Shown: piece after piece, positions 13,515 through 27,217 of the stretch | Layout of the letters: every line of letters starts with the position of its first letter | How positions within the stretch are numbered: the first letter of the stretch is position 1 | Source: Antedon mediterranea | Taxonomy: Eukaryota > Animalia > Echinodermata | Length of the DNA stretch: 64,000 nt | Assembly: GCF_964355755.1 (NCBI RefSeq) | Contig: NC_092672.1 | Span: 33,114,437-33,178,436, forward strand | Direction of reading: 5' to 3' | The notes under the pieces: model-generated | Told to the model about the DNA's origin: nothing | Database searches by the model: none | The model's input: only the letters and a program-made list of their open reading frames with translations | Made by a program: the position numbers and the translations under genes

Positions 13515-16187
13515 ATGAATGCCGTACTGATCTTAAGCGCATGTCTGTCCGTGGCATTGACGCTTCCCACTGGACCCCCAGAAAATGCTTGTAACGATAT
13601 GATTCCCCAACATGGAGACGCGACTGTGTCAGGAGAACCTCCATATGCGGTCACCATTGGTTCAATGAAGTACGCCACAGGATCTCCTGTTCAAGGTAGG
13701 CCTAAGAATGTCTCCAATCTTACAATCTTAAAACAAAATGTTTCACTTGCTTTTCTTGGAAAGCTATCAAACATACTGGCCAAAAAGAAAAACACAAACT
13801 AAAGGCCTCCGAACACCAATCTGCGCAAACTCACAAACTCACTTTTTTTATTCTTATAAACAGTCACCGTTGCAACTACAAATGGAACATCGTTCCGAGG
13901 CTTCTTTGTTCAAGCCAGAGTGAACGATGCTGACTTTGTAACTAATCCAGCTTTAGGAATGTTCTCAGATTACCCAGAGCTGACAGGTGGAGTAGAGTGT
14001 ACTGCTGACAATGCTAACGTAATAATGTCTTATTTTTACCGAGAGAACAAGCACGAATGTGCAATACTCGGGGTACAGCGAAAGAAGCTGTATACAGACG
14101 TATACAGTTAGAAAGTTAAAGAAAAATAGGTTTCGCCAGGGCTCGAACCGGGACCTTCTGCGTGTTAACCAGACTTGACAACCACTACACTACAAAACCT
14201 CTTACATTGAAATTGTGGGTTACAGAAAGTTTTTTAATCCATTTAAATTACAAATAAATGGTAATAAGCACAAAGCAAAATAAACATGTGTAAAAGTGAT
14301 AATTACCGATTACACAAAATAAGTATTTTAAAAAAATAATAATAAGATATACTGTTTATAATTATCATATTGCGTATACAGTACTTTTCACCATAAAGTT
14401 TAAAAAAAAAGGTTTAGCCCGGGCTCGAACCAGGTACCTTCTGCGTATTGAGCAAACGTGATAACCACTACGCCAAGAAGCCGCATATAACCATATAACT
14501 ACATAACGCTGTGGTGTGTGTCACACATTGTGGATTCTTAATTAAACAAATTAATTAACAAAAAATTAAAAATCCGGCTCTATAGCTTTGAGGACATGTC
14601 CCTGTAGTATGTTCATGCCAAATCCCAGCTCAATACTACAACTAATAAGGGAGGAGTAGTACTTTAAAAATCGCACTTTTTACTCAATAGTGTCCAGATG
14701 GTGGAGGAGAAAATGAGTAAGTACTAGACTCGGGTACCCCGAGTAAAAATACTGGGTTAATATTACTAGTGGAAACTAGACACTAAGATTGTCTAGAATC
14801 CCGCTTGAAACCGAATTAATTCAGACTTCCGTTTGGCACCAAATTCCGCTTGGGACAGAATTCCGCTTTAAATAGAATTCCGCTTGAAACAGAATTCCGC
14901 TTACAACCGAATTCCCGTTTGGAACCGAATTCCGCTTGAATCGGAATTCCGTTTAAAAAAAATTCCGCTTGGGACAGAATTCCTATTGAATTAGAATTTA
15001 GCTTGAAACAAAATTTTGCATGGAAACATAACTTCGGTAATTATGCGTTGTTCATGCTCAGAATTAATTTAGTCTTTTTGTTCTTTCATCTGTGTCTCCT
15101 TAAGTTTAATCTCTATTATCCAGCTAAATACATTTTTTTATAGAGTGCATGGGGACATAAAGATAATAATGACAAAATGAGTGTCGTGGCTACTTGGACA
15201 TACGACGGACCATGTGAAGATGTCGGTGACTTAGCCTTTAGGTACGGTAATTATTTTTGAAACATCCAAACACAATAGAAGGGCGCGCCTGTTACTGTTA
15301 CTTATTAGCCATTTTAACACTGTAGGCAAATGGCATATTTATATAATTACACAATAAGGTGTCACATTTGTAAGATTTTACATTTTTTTTTACCAGCTAA
15401 TAACATTGTATCATCATACTATATCTTCTGAAATTGTCAATGAATCTGGATTTTGGATCTGGCCTTGATTACAGACAATGAGTTTCCTCATATCATCGCG
15501 TTGGTTATTCATCCGGAAACCATTGTATTGGAATTGTAGTCGAATAATCGAAATTGAACTGGTATGATGTCGGATATAATATATCCAGTCGGATTCCTTT
15601 ACTTTCTCAATCCAGCCAAGATTAGTACATTTGACCAATCCCAAGCGACAGATTATCCCAACTTTATTTTCTTTGCGCGATCTTCACTGCTTAGTGAGAA
15701 GATAAGAACTAAGCGCAAAGACACAAACAATGTTAGTTGTCTATTGACACGACAACAATTAATACTTTTGAAATCATGTCGAGTAGCCTTATGAATAGCC
15801 TAATTTGTTTTATTGTATTTCAGAGTGACTGTAGTTCAAGGTGATCCTGCAACAAGATATTACACTGACATCGTCTCCAACAATCTAATGTTTGATGCCG
15901 AGATGTGCGACACCGGAGCAGCTAGTAAATTTATAGTTACAATTAAACATGTTTTCTCCCTAATAAACTTCACTATTTACTATAAATTTCTATCTAATAA
16001 AATATCTTGTATTAGCTCCCTACATCCTGGGTAATCGGAATCTTTTATTTATTGTTTCACGTGTCACTGCGAACTGTGTTTTAGGTGTATGTTAACTACT
16101 TTAACATTTTTGTATTTTTCAGGTTACGTTATATCATCAATCTTTACAATTATCTCCAGTATCATGGTAGCTGTTCTTGCTTATTAG
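13515..16187 (+). CDS. Reeler-domain protein, copy D, 199 aa
   Basis: Exons 13515-13695, 13864-14018, 15144-15241, 15824-15924, 16123-16187, in frame; near-identical to copy B. Confidence 0.88.
14047..14745 (-). mobile_element. Helentron-associated-like (HINE) non-autonomous element carrying two tRNA-Val-like sequences
   Basis: Absent from paralogous intron of copy B; inserted in an A-run with no clear TSD; hairpin GCAC-gaat-GTGC (14051-14062) near one end; ACTCGGGTAC at both ends; terminal inverted repeat actcgggtaccccgagt (14728-14744). Confidence 0.65.
14129..14199 (-). pseudogene. tRNA-Val(AAC)-like pseudogene
   Basis: Minus strand ggttttgtagtgtagtggttgtcaagtctggttAACacgcagaaggtcccggttcgagccctggcgaaacc; several stem mismatches; second, more decayed copy at 14411-14482. 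Confidence 0.75.
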
Positions 16188-16504
16188 ATTCTCGTAACTT
16201 TATAATCACACACAGTTTATAGAAAATATTTTATAGAAGAATATAGAAACAGAATGAAAGCAATGTTTTAGTAAGAAAAGAATGATCCATTGACTACCGA
16301 ACGTACGAGGGCGTTTTTTCTATATTTCTAGGTATGCACGCGCGCGTCATTTTGGCAATGTTGCTGGTCACGTGGTATCGCAACATTTGTAGATTAAAAA
16401 AAATGATGAGCTCCTTAAACGGATTTATTCTATGCTTATGTAAAAGAGTCTGCACATAAGGCTGTTGAGAAAATGCTTCTTGTTTTATTTTATTAGTAGG
16501 CCTA

Positions 16505-16941
16505 CCGTAAATCTTCTAATAGTAACTCACAATCTAATAGTAACCCCCTTCTAATAGTAACCCACCTTCTAATAGTAACCCACCCTGTAAGTCAATCTAT
16601 AATAATAACCCACTACTACCCCCATGGGTTACTATTTTAGGATAATACATGTTGATCTCGGGAGTGGGGGAGGATTGAGTGTTTTTGAGTTTATAAAATA
16701 AAGTTAGCGTTCAAACTAATTTGTTTATTGATTCGTACCTTTTTATTTCTTTGCTATGAGTTGCTGACCGGAAAAGTTGGGATGGGTTACAATTTTCAGG
16801 TGCCTAATTTAAGATTAGTAATAGTAACCCACTACTCTAATAGTTACCACACCCCCCCCCCCTTCTCCCTTCTAACAGTAACCCACCCTAAAAAAACAAT
16901 CAAAGAATAATAACCCAGGGTTACAATTAGAAGATTTACGG
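16505..16941. mobile_element. Tc1/mariner/pogo-type MITE
   Basis: TA|ccgtaaatcttctaat ... attagaagatttacgg|TA; internal ctaatagtaaccc repeats; absent from paralogous sites in units 1-2. Confidence 0.8.
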
Positions 16942-19900
16942 TACATGTATAATAGGTTAACATTTCTTAATGCCTGTAAAATGACACGCATTGTGTGAAA
17001 CAAGGCTATCAAACATAGGTGAACACGGTTGTTAACTAAAATAACGCATTATTCGTTTTTTTGTTTTTTTTTGCTATAATAAAGTATATGCTGGTCGGAT
17101 TAGGTTTTTATATAATAAAGTTCGTGGAGAAAACTATTTTGTTTTGTCTCGTTTCCAAAATTTAGTCGTTGGATTTTTCTTTCATTTCATATTCATTCAT
17201 TTAAAGGTGTATTGTCTCCTGAAAAAAAAATTTATTTAAATTTGTTTTTGTTGAATATGCCATTCGGAGGACAATACATCTTTAAACAAAATATATTTAA
17301 ACCCATATTTATTTTGGTTAAAACAGTGGATCGGTACAGTACATTCCTTTAGGATTACTAGAGGGTGAGCTCGCTTCGCTCGCTCCCCCTCTAGGAAGTG
17401 TAGACGATGGTTCTCGGAATGATAACAATTTTCTCCTTGTACGTTTTCTGTCGGTTACCATTATTGAAAATGCTTGACATTCGTAAAACTAAACTACTCT
17501 GTTTCACAGTGTTTTAGATGATTAATAACATTTTAAAGTTTAGTGTTTATTGTTTGGTAGGGCCCTTTGGGGAGGCGGAGTTTATTTGAAGGAGGTGCTT
17601 ATTCGAGGGATATATGTTAATTTTTGTAGTTTTAATAATATGGTAACATTTATAATCAAATGAAAAGATATGAAAAGTGGTAAAAAAGAATAACAAATGC
17701 TTGGCATTGTAGATAACAGTGCGATGAATTCTACTACAAATAGTATAATGATTATTATTCAAAGTGATGTTTTATTAGAGAGGCGTTTATTCAAATAAAT
17801 ACCACCCTAATAATTATTAATACATTATTTAATTTAAACATCTTTTGAAACTAACTGCCGTGACAGAGTGGGCCCAAGAAAGAAGATATTACGGCTTGCA
17901 ATATGGGCAGACATCTCGGTCCTAACGGGACACAGATAGCCTACAGTTATTCCTGCCAGCTTACTCAATCAACTATTAGGATTTCACTCAATTTTAAACA
18001 AAATGTCTTATCATCAAATCTCCCTATGTAATTTTATAATACTATTTCCCACAATATATTCCAATTCTTTATGGCGTATATTTAATTTGATCTTTATTAA
18101 TTTGCAGTATAATTTTTATTTTTTAACTACTATACCTTACACGCGCGGTCCGTTCCTAAAATAAACAAACAACTGAAATGGCTAAGCTCCAGTCCTACTA
18201 TCGGTATTTTTTCTTCTTTCTTCCAAAGGGACACTGTATTGATTGATGGAAAATGCCTGTTTCCAGTCACCTTGGGTCAAATCAATTATTTTAACTGCTC
18301 CCTTGTGTATAAAAGAGAGAAAATAGTTGAAACCAGGTTGTTGCAAGGTGAACCCGGAAATTACTTTGACCCACGAAGAATTGAAATTGAGTTGAAAATC
18401 TAATGTTGAAATCATAAATTGTGTTAAAAAACTCTTTATAATATCTTCCTAAGATAGAAATATGAAACAATAGCGTCGATGTGAAAACTAATGTTATCAA
18501 AGCTACGTTTTCACGGTACATCTGAGATAAATAAGGTAGGTGTTTTGATGTTTTTTTGATGTTTTATATGAAATAAAAGAATAATAAAAAAAAAAGGTAT
18601 CCAAGGCGGAGATTTGTACCGAAGTTTTTGCATTCTGCTCGCCTATGTCAGAATTAACCATATAAATTTATATATAGATTGCTTTTTTCTGTGAGACCCC
18701 TATTTGGTACAGCGCCATACACGTTCAGATTATACAACACATTGACTCTTGTTATTTTATTTAATAAGTCTATAGACATAACGCATGCGGTAGGCCTGTG
18801 CCGTATATAGTGGTAACCTACCCGATTCACTCACCTGATAATTATATAACACAACAAGCAACAGGATTACTCCTCTTCCCCAATCTCTATCACATTATGC
18901 ATACTCATTAGATATTATTTTCCCATTACCTCAATTATAAAGCGTCTAATTTTGTGAAACCTTCAAGCGCTGTATATTATTATCACCCCGGTCACGTCAT
19001 TTTTTATCAATCAAGTATGAATACGTTATGCTTTGACCTAAGGTACCCATTTGTACACCTGGGTGGAGAGAGGCAAACGTAAAAAAATTGTTTTGCCTGA
19101 GGATACAAAAAATTTAACACGAGCGTTGGATTCGAACCCACGTCCAACACCCTGTGCCGGCGCCACATGCCCTTTTTATTGTTATATAAATATTGGAGCG
19201 GGAAGGTTGGGGAGTGGGGGAATGGGCTATGGAGGGGATAATACAAAATAGAAATCATGATCGATGATTATTGCAACAAATTAATATTCATCAATTTTAA
19301 CACATGGTTTTGATTGGTTGTTGTAGTAGTTTGTGATTAGTCATTTATCAGGGAGTTAATGAGATAAAAACCCAGCTTTTGGTATTTCTGCATTCTTGGT
19401 TCACATCGTGCGACGTTTGTAGGCCTGCACGTTCACAGGATCTTGATAGATTTACACAAAACAATTAAAAAGGTAGGTGATAGGTGGTCAAAATTGTATG
19501 TAGTAAGTATTGAAAATCATCTGAAAACCATGTCCTTGGCGAAATGTCCACTAGCAAAATTCAATACGGACATATACCAACCAGGTATTACATAACCCTG
19601 GTGGCCAGAGTACTATTTACCATCAACTACAATCTAAACAACTGTTCAAGGACTTTCACTACTGTTGGGCCTGGGCGCTGGAAACATTCTCTCTTTGACA
19701 TAGAAACTCGACTTTGGACAGTTTTAAACCACTTCTAAAGGTGCTATGTGCAATCGGTGGAATAGCGCTTTAAAAATGGGAAGATTGTTGATAACAGTTT
19801 GAATTTACAGATTCTGATGTTATAACGTAGGCCTAGGTTAAAAAAAAGTTCATACGGGACCAAATCATTTTATTTGTAGAATACTGATTTTAAGTGCCCG

Positions 19901-20020
19901 CTGTCTTACTCTGACACTGTACTGCTGGCTCTAGACATATATTCTGAGAGTAGTTTGAATTTACAGATTCCTAACGTAATAAATAACGTTTTACAGAACT
20001 AAACCGTATTTTTGTTTAGA

Positions 20021-22284
20021 ATGAATGCCGTACTGATCTTAAGCGCATGTCTGTCCATGGCATTGGCGCTTCCCAATGGTCCCCCAACTACTGCTTGTCC
20101 AAATATGATCCCTCAACATGGTCCTTCCACAGTATCAGGAGAACCGCCATATGAGGTCACAATTGGTAAAACGATATACAGCAAAGGAGGTTCGGTACAA
20201 GGTAAGCCAACAAAAAAGGAAATGACGCAATAAGTGACGAGTGCGTACAAATAAAGCGCTTACTACGTATACTAATCTTAAACAATAATTTCATGAACTT
20301 CAAAATTAAACCAACCAAAAGGGCTAACAAAAAAAGTAGGCCTACCAAACCGGTCTTGGAATTGAAATACCGTCATGTCACCATTGAAAACAAACTTTTC
20401 TATATTCTTAACAACAGTCACCGTTGCAACTACAAATGAAACATCTTTCCGAGGCTTCTTTGTTCAAGCCAGAGTGAACGATGCTGATTTTGCAACTAAT
20501 CCAGCTTTAGGAACGTTCTCCGACTACCCAGAGCAAACAGGGGGCGTGGAATGTGCTGCCGACAATCCTAACGTAAGAATGTCTTATTTTTACCGAGAGA
20601 AAAATACTGAGTCAATATTACTAGTGGAAACTAAATATAAATTCAGCTAAGAACAGAATTCCTCTAATTACACAATTTCGCTAAGAACAGAATTCCGTTA
20701 AGAACAGAATTCCGCTATACACGGAATTCCGCTATACATGGAATTCCGCTATACACGGAATTCCGCTAAACACGGAATTCCGCTATACACAGAATTCCGC
20801 TAGGCGAAATTTCGACTCAATTAAGATTGGCCCAAATTCCACTGGCGTAGAAATCGATACCAATTCTAGGCTAATTGGTGCAATTCTATCAATCAAAACA
20901 ATATAATATTCTGTCCAATTCTGTTACCTCATAAAAACTTGTCTTAAGTGTTTATTTTTAAGAATTCTGTATAATATCAATATACAATACTTATGCAAAT
21001 TATCATTTCAATAGAGTGCATGGGGCCATAAAAATAACAATGACAAAATGAGTGTCGTGGCCACCTGGACATACGATGGACCATGTGAAGATGTCGGCGA
21101 CTTAGCCTTTAGGTATACTTTTTTTAAATTCCATTAATTCTTAATTTAGAGCACCAGGCCATTGGCAAATTTCCCAAGCATATTTTAGTAAATAGAAACT
21201 AATTATGTCAATATGAATTCGCCTTGATATTGTAGATTGTCATTCGTTTAATTATTAATTTAATAAGCTTATCATACAATATGATACAATTTCGTTGACA
21301 TGAACACGCACTTTAATCATGGAAAGGCGTGTTTTAATTAAGTTCGAACATTCCACTGTATCAATAGAAACCGTGCATATACATTTCTAATGTGATAATT
21401 TATCTTTATCAGAATCAGAACTCTTTTCTCAAATTCATTATTATAATGAACGATTATAAAAAATGATTTTCTAAGGAAATTTACATTTGCACAGTCGGAA
21501 ACACAGTATACGATAACGATTGGAATTAAACTGCTTTATCAGGTCGGACATAGCAAGTCGGATTCATATTACCAATCTGCGCCATTTTGCAATCTTAATC
21601 AGACTTTAATATAACAGAAATATCCTGATTTTTAGTAGGCATTGTTGAAGGCAATAAAGCGCAGCGCAAGTACTTTGAACAATCAAAAGATCCGATTTGT
21701 TAGTGTTTGTCTATTGGCACGACCGCAGTTTCATCTCGAAATAATTGCTATGTATCCTAATATAAAAATTAATTTTTCGTTTTACTCTTCAGGGTAACTG
21801 TAGTCCAAGGTAATCCTGCATCAAGATATTATACCGGCATTGTCTCCAATAATTTAAAGTTTGATGCTGATAAGTGTGAAACTGGAGCAGCTAGTAAGTA
21901 CAGTAGTATAATTATTTAACGAACATCTTTCCTTAATTAATAAAGTTAACAGATTTTTTTTAGGGTTTGAATATGTCATTTTAATGTTATATAATATACG
22001 GTAGTTATTCACTTTGACCTAAAATTGTATCAAAATAAATATTGTTTTACCTGAAAAAAAACTTAATTTAAAGAATAAGATAATCAAAATAGTTGCCAAC
22101 CAATGAGTTTTGAATAAATTTAATAATTTATTTTCTCTTTTTTATTAGACAAAGGTGATTAACTTAAAGTGATAAAAAATACAAAATTGCCCAAGTCTTC
22201 TTCATTTTGTATTTTTCAGGTTACGTTATATCATCAATCTTTACAATTATCACCAGTATCATAGTAGCTGTTCTTGCTTATTAA
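20021..22284 (+). CDS. Reeler-domain protein, copy E, 199 aa (intact relative of pseudogenes A and C)
   Basis: Exons 20021-20201, 20418-20572, 21015-21112, 21793-21893, 22220-22284, GT-AG, in frame, TAA stop. Confidence 0.9.
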
Positions 22285-23861
22285 TATTGAATTCTTGTAA
22301 CAATATAGTCGTACACAATTTATAGAAGAATTAGATACAGAAAGAAACCAATATTTCTGTACGAGATTTAATCAGAAACGAATGATATAATGAATATGTA
22401 ACGTGAGCGTGCTGTGTTTCGGCAAAGTAACAAGCCATACTTTGAAGGACGCGCTATCTTGTTGTTGCTAACGTACACGTGAATATCTTTGATATCCATG
22501 ATCATTTACTTGATAACTCTGTTTTCAATGAAAACTGCAAATTTAATGTATCTTGGATTCCAAATACTTTTCGAGATATGTGTATTTTTCGATAACACCA
22601 GTCACACACGACAATCAACAAATTGGAAGTCCGTCCCATTTATAAAATTGCTTTATGTTTTTCTGTAATAAACTATAAATAGTACAGCTTGTGTTTTTGC
22701 TTCTTGCAAAATCAACTTTATTTGGCATCGTGTAAACTCGTTAAAGCCTGGTTTCCACTATAGGAAACAATTAAATTAGACCAATCGCATGTGATGGATT
22801 ATTCGGACTGTCGCTTGTCAAATCACTTGCGTTGTCCTAGTGGGAACCAAGCTTTACAGTAACGGACCAACGGCGTTATTGGTTGCAGCATGGAGGTACC
22901 TCCATGGTTGCAGTAAGATATAGCATATGCGTTACGACAATATTTATAGTAAATGCTCTGTGAAAAAATATGACTTTTCCTTCATAAATAAACTCCTAAA
23001 ATATTTTCGATCTCGATCCTACAACATTTTTTTCCTCCATTTAATCAAAATAGGATGATACATTACAACGTATATATAAGAGCCTTAGAACATTTGTTAT
23101 AAAAACTATATATATATGCTATTTGCACGCATCATCCATAGGATCAAAATGACCGAAGGTCGTTGGAAGTTTTGTCCTAAAAAGATCGGGTACGCATGTC
23201 TTGTCGAAGCTGGTATTATCGCATTATGAAAACCGCCAAGATAATCCGACACAAAGTTAGTAATTTTCGATTTTTCACACAAAAGAAAGATTTAGACACA
23301 TGCATATCCAGGTCTTTATCAATACTACTTTGATGACACTGCATAAAAGTAGGCCTACTTAATGACTTTGTGTTTATCCTTGACTGGGTATCAAAGGTTG
23401 TTTGTGGTGTGAACAAGGTGATACGATCATTTAAATTTATCAAAGTTCATGATCCGTTATATAATAATTAGACCTTGAATTAGAGAAATATTCAAATATG
23501 ATCTAGAGAACGCGCTGTACAAACACATAGCTGAGTGATTACGCTAAGTGGTACCATGTAGGTACCTACAATGGTGGTACTGAAATATAGATATCATCAC
23601 GATGCATTTTTAGGTACAACTGGTATTCCATGCCTTTAGTAAATTAATACGTATGGTGTCTGCATATTGTGTATCCACTTGTACAATGACAACTTCTTTT
23701 ATTTTCAATTTCAATTTCAAAGTTTTGGTTCAAACTAGAGCTGTAACGCAAGCGCGCCATTTGACCAATCGCAAGCGATGGATTATTCCCACTTTCGCTT
23801 GTGATTGGTCAATTCGCTTGAGTTGGTTCTCGCTGGGACACAACGCAAGAACTACGAACTA

Positions 23862-24042
23862 AAGCGTGGTTCCCACTAGCGACGCAACACAAGGACGTAA
23901 CGCAACGCAAGTGAATTGACCAATCACAAGCGATGGCTTATTGCTTGTGATTGCTAACTGTCTATAACTTCGCTTGTCATTGGTTAAAACGCTTGCGTTG
24001 CGTTTACGTCCTTGCGTTACGTTCTAGTGGGAACCAAGCTTA
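23862..24042. mobile_element. Harbinger-like MITE family (tggttcccactag...ctagtgggaacca)
   Basis: Terminal inverted repeats next to TAA/TTA, internal gaccaatcacaagcgatgg; relatives at ~22744-22853, ~61508-61665, ~62968-63113, ~63601-63737. Confidence 0.7.
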
Positions 24043-24420
24043 AGTTCGCCGCAATATTAATAATACAGAGGGCGCCAACCACGACATCTTTTATCGTAGC
24101 ATTTATTTATTCTAATAAACAATACAACTGGAGAATGAAAGTAAAAAGTAAACCGGTGAGGCATGATTACATAAATATTATTTAAAGGAATAAATTGACA
24201 CAAAAACATTTATTGTAAAAATATGAATTTAAAAAGGTTGAAACTGATTATACTAAAACATTCTAATTTAATCTAAGACGACGTCGCACAGTGCGCAACT
24301 ACGTATGCGCAACTAGCAATTAATTTCGTTCATCGTTATGCAAAATCTAAATGATTTATTTAGCTTCCTGTGTATTCACCACTGCCAATAACAACGTATG
24401 TTGTAAGAAATTAAAAAATA

Positions 24421-24734
24421 AGGGTAAAACTGCATTTCAATGATCTCAACTTTGTTCGCCGCTGCATACTCTTGGACGGTTGGTGAAACTCTTGCACCTT
24501 TCCCAACGGCGAGTACAGCTTTTCCATTCCCTCTTGCGGTATCCGCTACTTGATCAACACAAGCTTTGTCAATTTTTGATTGAGTTTTGGCTTCCCATAC
24601 CTGGTTACCTCTTACGAAAAAAATCAGCTTGCTTTCCGTTCATTGGGACTTCTAAATTTGACGTTAGAGCTGCCGAAACGGTCACACAAATACTTTCCAA
24701 CTTGCCTCTGAAACCAATATCCACGGTTTGCCAT
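24421..24734 (-). pseudogene. Small PD-(D/E)XK/Mrr-like nuclease-domain gene, copy 1 (two +1 frameshifts)
   Basis: MANRGYWFQRQVGKYLCDRFGSSNVK/EVPMNGKQADF/VRGNQVWEAKTQSKIDKACVDQVADTARGNGKAVLAVGKGARVSPTVQEYAAANKVEIIEMQF; extra T in T-runs near 24656 and 24620. Confidence 0.8.
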
Positions 24735-25356
24735 TTTGTTTTGTTCTGTAAAAACAATTATCAATAGCAAACATATGAATAAACAAGAGAGATATCCAAA
24801 ATATATAATCAATTATACTTTTCAATAGTTGGTTTTGTAAATCCATGCAGAGATCATCATCGACTAAATCTTAATGCAATCAAACGTATGCCATAAATGA
24901 CAGTCTCCATACACCTACGCTCTACACCTGCCTCATTCAGTTTCTATGTAGACCATATCATTTCTTCTGAAAAGAAGCTGCTATCCAAAGGAAAGGGTTG
25001 GGTGAATTATAATCCGTCGAGTACTGGATGTCTAAACTTTGCAAGGGACGTACAGTTATCGTACCCGTTATAGTATTTTATAACTAGTACTGAATTGTTT
25101 AACTTCAGTAATATAAAATTTCAATTTCAATCAATTTTTAAATTAAAAGTAACTTATTTGAACTACTGTGTATAATAAATATAACTATGATATATCAATT
25201 TGGTAAACAATTTTACTCTTACCTTTTTTTAAAATTAATTCTCAACTTCTTCGAAACTGAAGTGACTGATAGCAAAAACACGTTCGAATAACATTAGTAT
25301 TGTCTTCTGACTAAACTTAAAATATGCTTACAGGATACCGAAAAGTGACACTATGT

Positions 25357-25433
25357 GCTGATTGGTTAAACATTTTCCTGTGATACAGAGACTTTTTTGT
25401 TTAAACTTAACATTACTTCATTCTGGAAAAACC
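25357..25433 (-). promoter_or_regulatory. Shared promoter module of the small-nuclease family (copy 1)
   Basis: gctgattggttaaa...ttcctgtgata...cattacttcattctggaaaaacc; leader-exon donor (cttacct) at ~25218. Confidence 0.7.
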
Positions 25434-26729
25434 AAAATCCTAGGAAGTAGGCGCTATGCCAGTATTGTATCTTTTTTGTTAGTACTGTATAAAAAAGACA
25501 ATTTAATCGAACGAAATACAACTATATTTAGGCCTATAAGCTTTTAGAGGTTTTAAAAAACAACATTCAAATGTTATACATTTATTAGTATAATTCTTGT
25601 GATTATGTGTATCATGATAAAATACTAATACTCTGGCTCTTAGTTTCCAAAGCAAACTAATTTTTGCAAGATAATTTGCTTATAAATTATACTTTATTTG
25701 TAAGATATTTAATAATTTGTATTGGTATCATTAGTATCACTTCAAAAATTCAATTCAAGTAAACATTTTAAATTCTGAGATTTTCTTTTCGAGAAAAAAA
25801 AATTCACCAGTATCTTCTCAATTATCTTCAACAATCATTGTAATAATCCATTATCATAATCATTGCATATCACATGATTTATTATATTTTGTTAAACCTT
25901 ATTCAAACCTTACCAGCAACACATCTGATTGATCAATCATGGGTCATTATTATTTTTGTTACTACCATTCAGTTTTTACGTCATCGTAATATTATTTTTT
26001 TTCGTCATCGTAATTATTATTTTTTTTGGTCATCGTAATATTTTTTTTTCATTAGTAATAATATAATAATAATACCACATTTATATAGCGCCCTTTTCAT
26101 GAGTAATCATGCTCAAAGGCGCTTTACAAGCATTATTACCCCAGTATTTTTTTGAGATCAAACACGTATGGAAACATACTCCCATAATGCAGCCGGTAAC
26201 CAGCGCAAAGTTGTGTCTAGATCTAACTGGGTACCCATTTATACACCTGGGTGGAGAGAGGCAACGTAAGTAAAGTATCTTGCCTACGGATACAAGCAAT
26301 GCGGATTCGAACTTAGGTCTGACGATCAGTAGTCCAACGTCCAACACACTGCGCCACACGCCCTTTCAGTAATGTAATGTCATCGTCCATCAAGATTATA
26401 TAAAAGAGAGCGTTTTTTCGTTATACACATTGTGGTATTGCACGTACGTATCAATATGGTATCAAAATGACATGAATTGAACTTAAAGGGTTTTAACATA
26501 CACTAGTAAACAGTAAACTGCGTCTTGTTAATTCAAGCGCAGAAAAACAAAAATCTCATCATCATCATCATCATAATCATCATCGCGTCACCTACATTTT
26601 GTATGTAGTCCCGTCAATCAAACTGACCAATATAACCTACTTTTTAACAATTAATAATTATTTCTATGTTTAGTAAAACTTAAATCTACTAGTACTAAAA
26701 ATTTAACGTTGGTTGTGAGCAGTAATATG

Positions 26730-27047
26730 TCAATTGAAAGGCATTCTGACAACCTCTACGCCGTTAGCTGCAGCATGCTGCAGAACGGTTGGTGAAATAG
26801 ATGCATCTCTCCCGATAGCAAGCACAGGTTTCCCCACTCCACTTGCAATTCTTGCTGCTTGAAAAACATGCTCCTTTCTAATCTGCGATGAAGACTTGGC
26901 CTCCCATATCTGGATGCCGCTTACCGCATTGACGACAAAATCAGCGCGACTGTTGTTCATTGGTACCTGTGATCTCACGTCACTGTATTGGCTGGCCAGG
27001 TAACTGCCAACTTGACCCTCAAATGATGCTCCATGGTTATGGTTCAT
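26730..27047 (-). CDS. Small PD-(D/E)XK/Mrr-like nuclease-domain protein, subtype B, 105 aa
   Basis: Intact ORF with G-x-x-FE-x-x-V-x-x-YL, ADFVV, IWEAK, I-x4-V-x-Q motifs; splice acceptor just upstream of the ATG; paralog of 59110-59418. Confidence 0.8.
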   Translation of the reverse strand: MNHNHGASFEGQVGSYLASQYSDVRSQVPMNNSRADFVVNAVSGIQIWEAKSSSQIRKEHVFQAARIASGVGKPVLAIGRDASISPTVLQHAAANGVEVVRMPFN

Positions 27048-27217
27048 TTTTTCTGAAAATATTAACGTTTAGAGTAATCATTTTCCCAGACATCCTCTGC
27101 ACTCGAACCATTTTCTACCACTATAATTTGGAATTGTTTTTCTTCTAACAACAGGCCCTACAACCTAACTTCAATTAATTTAACACACAATTTCTCTATT
27201 CTTTCTAAGAAGAAGAG

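Larger units (their letters stand above)
1..16500. repeat. Tandem segmental duplication: unit 1 = 1-7692, unit 2 = 7693-~16375; a diverged third unit follows
   Basis: Position 1 gcgtcgcaaaaatttgtagattg recurs at 7693 and stays collinear and near-identical; unit 2 has extra insertions at ~8126-8434 and ~14047-14745; similar sequence restarts at ~16376. Confidence 0.95.

Noticed and set aside
14129-14482. Functional tRNA-Val genes
   Set aside because: Stem mismatches and location inside a mobile insertion; treated as pseudogenes.
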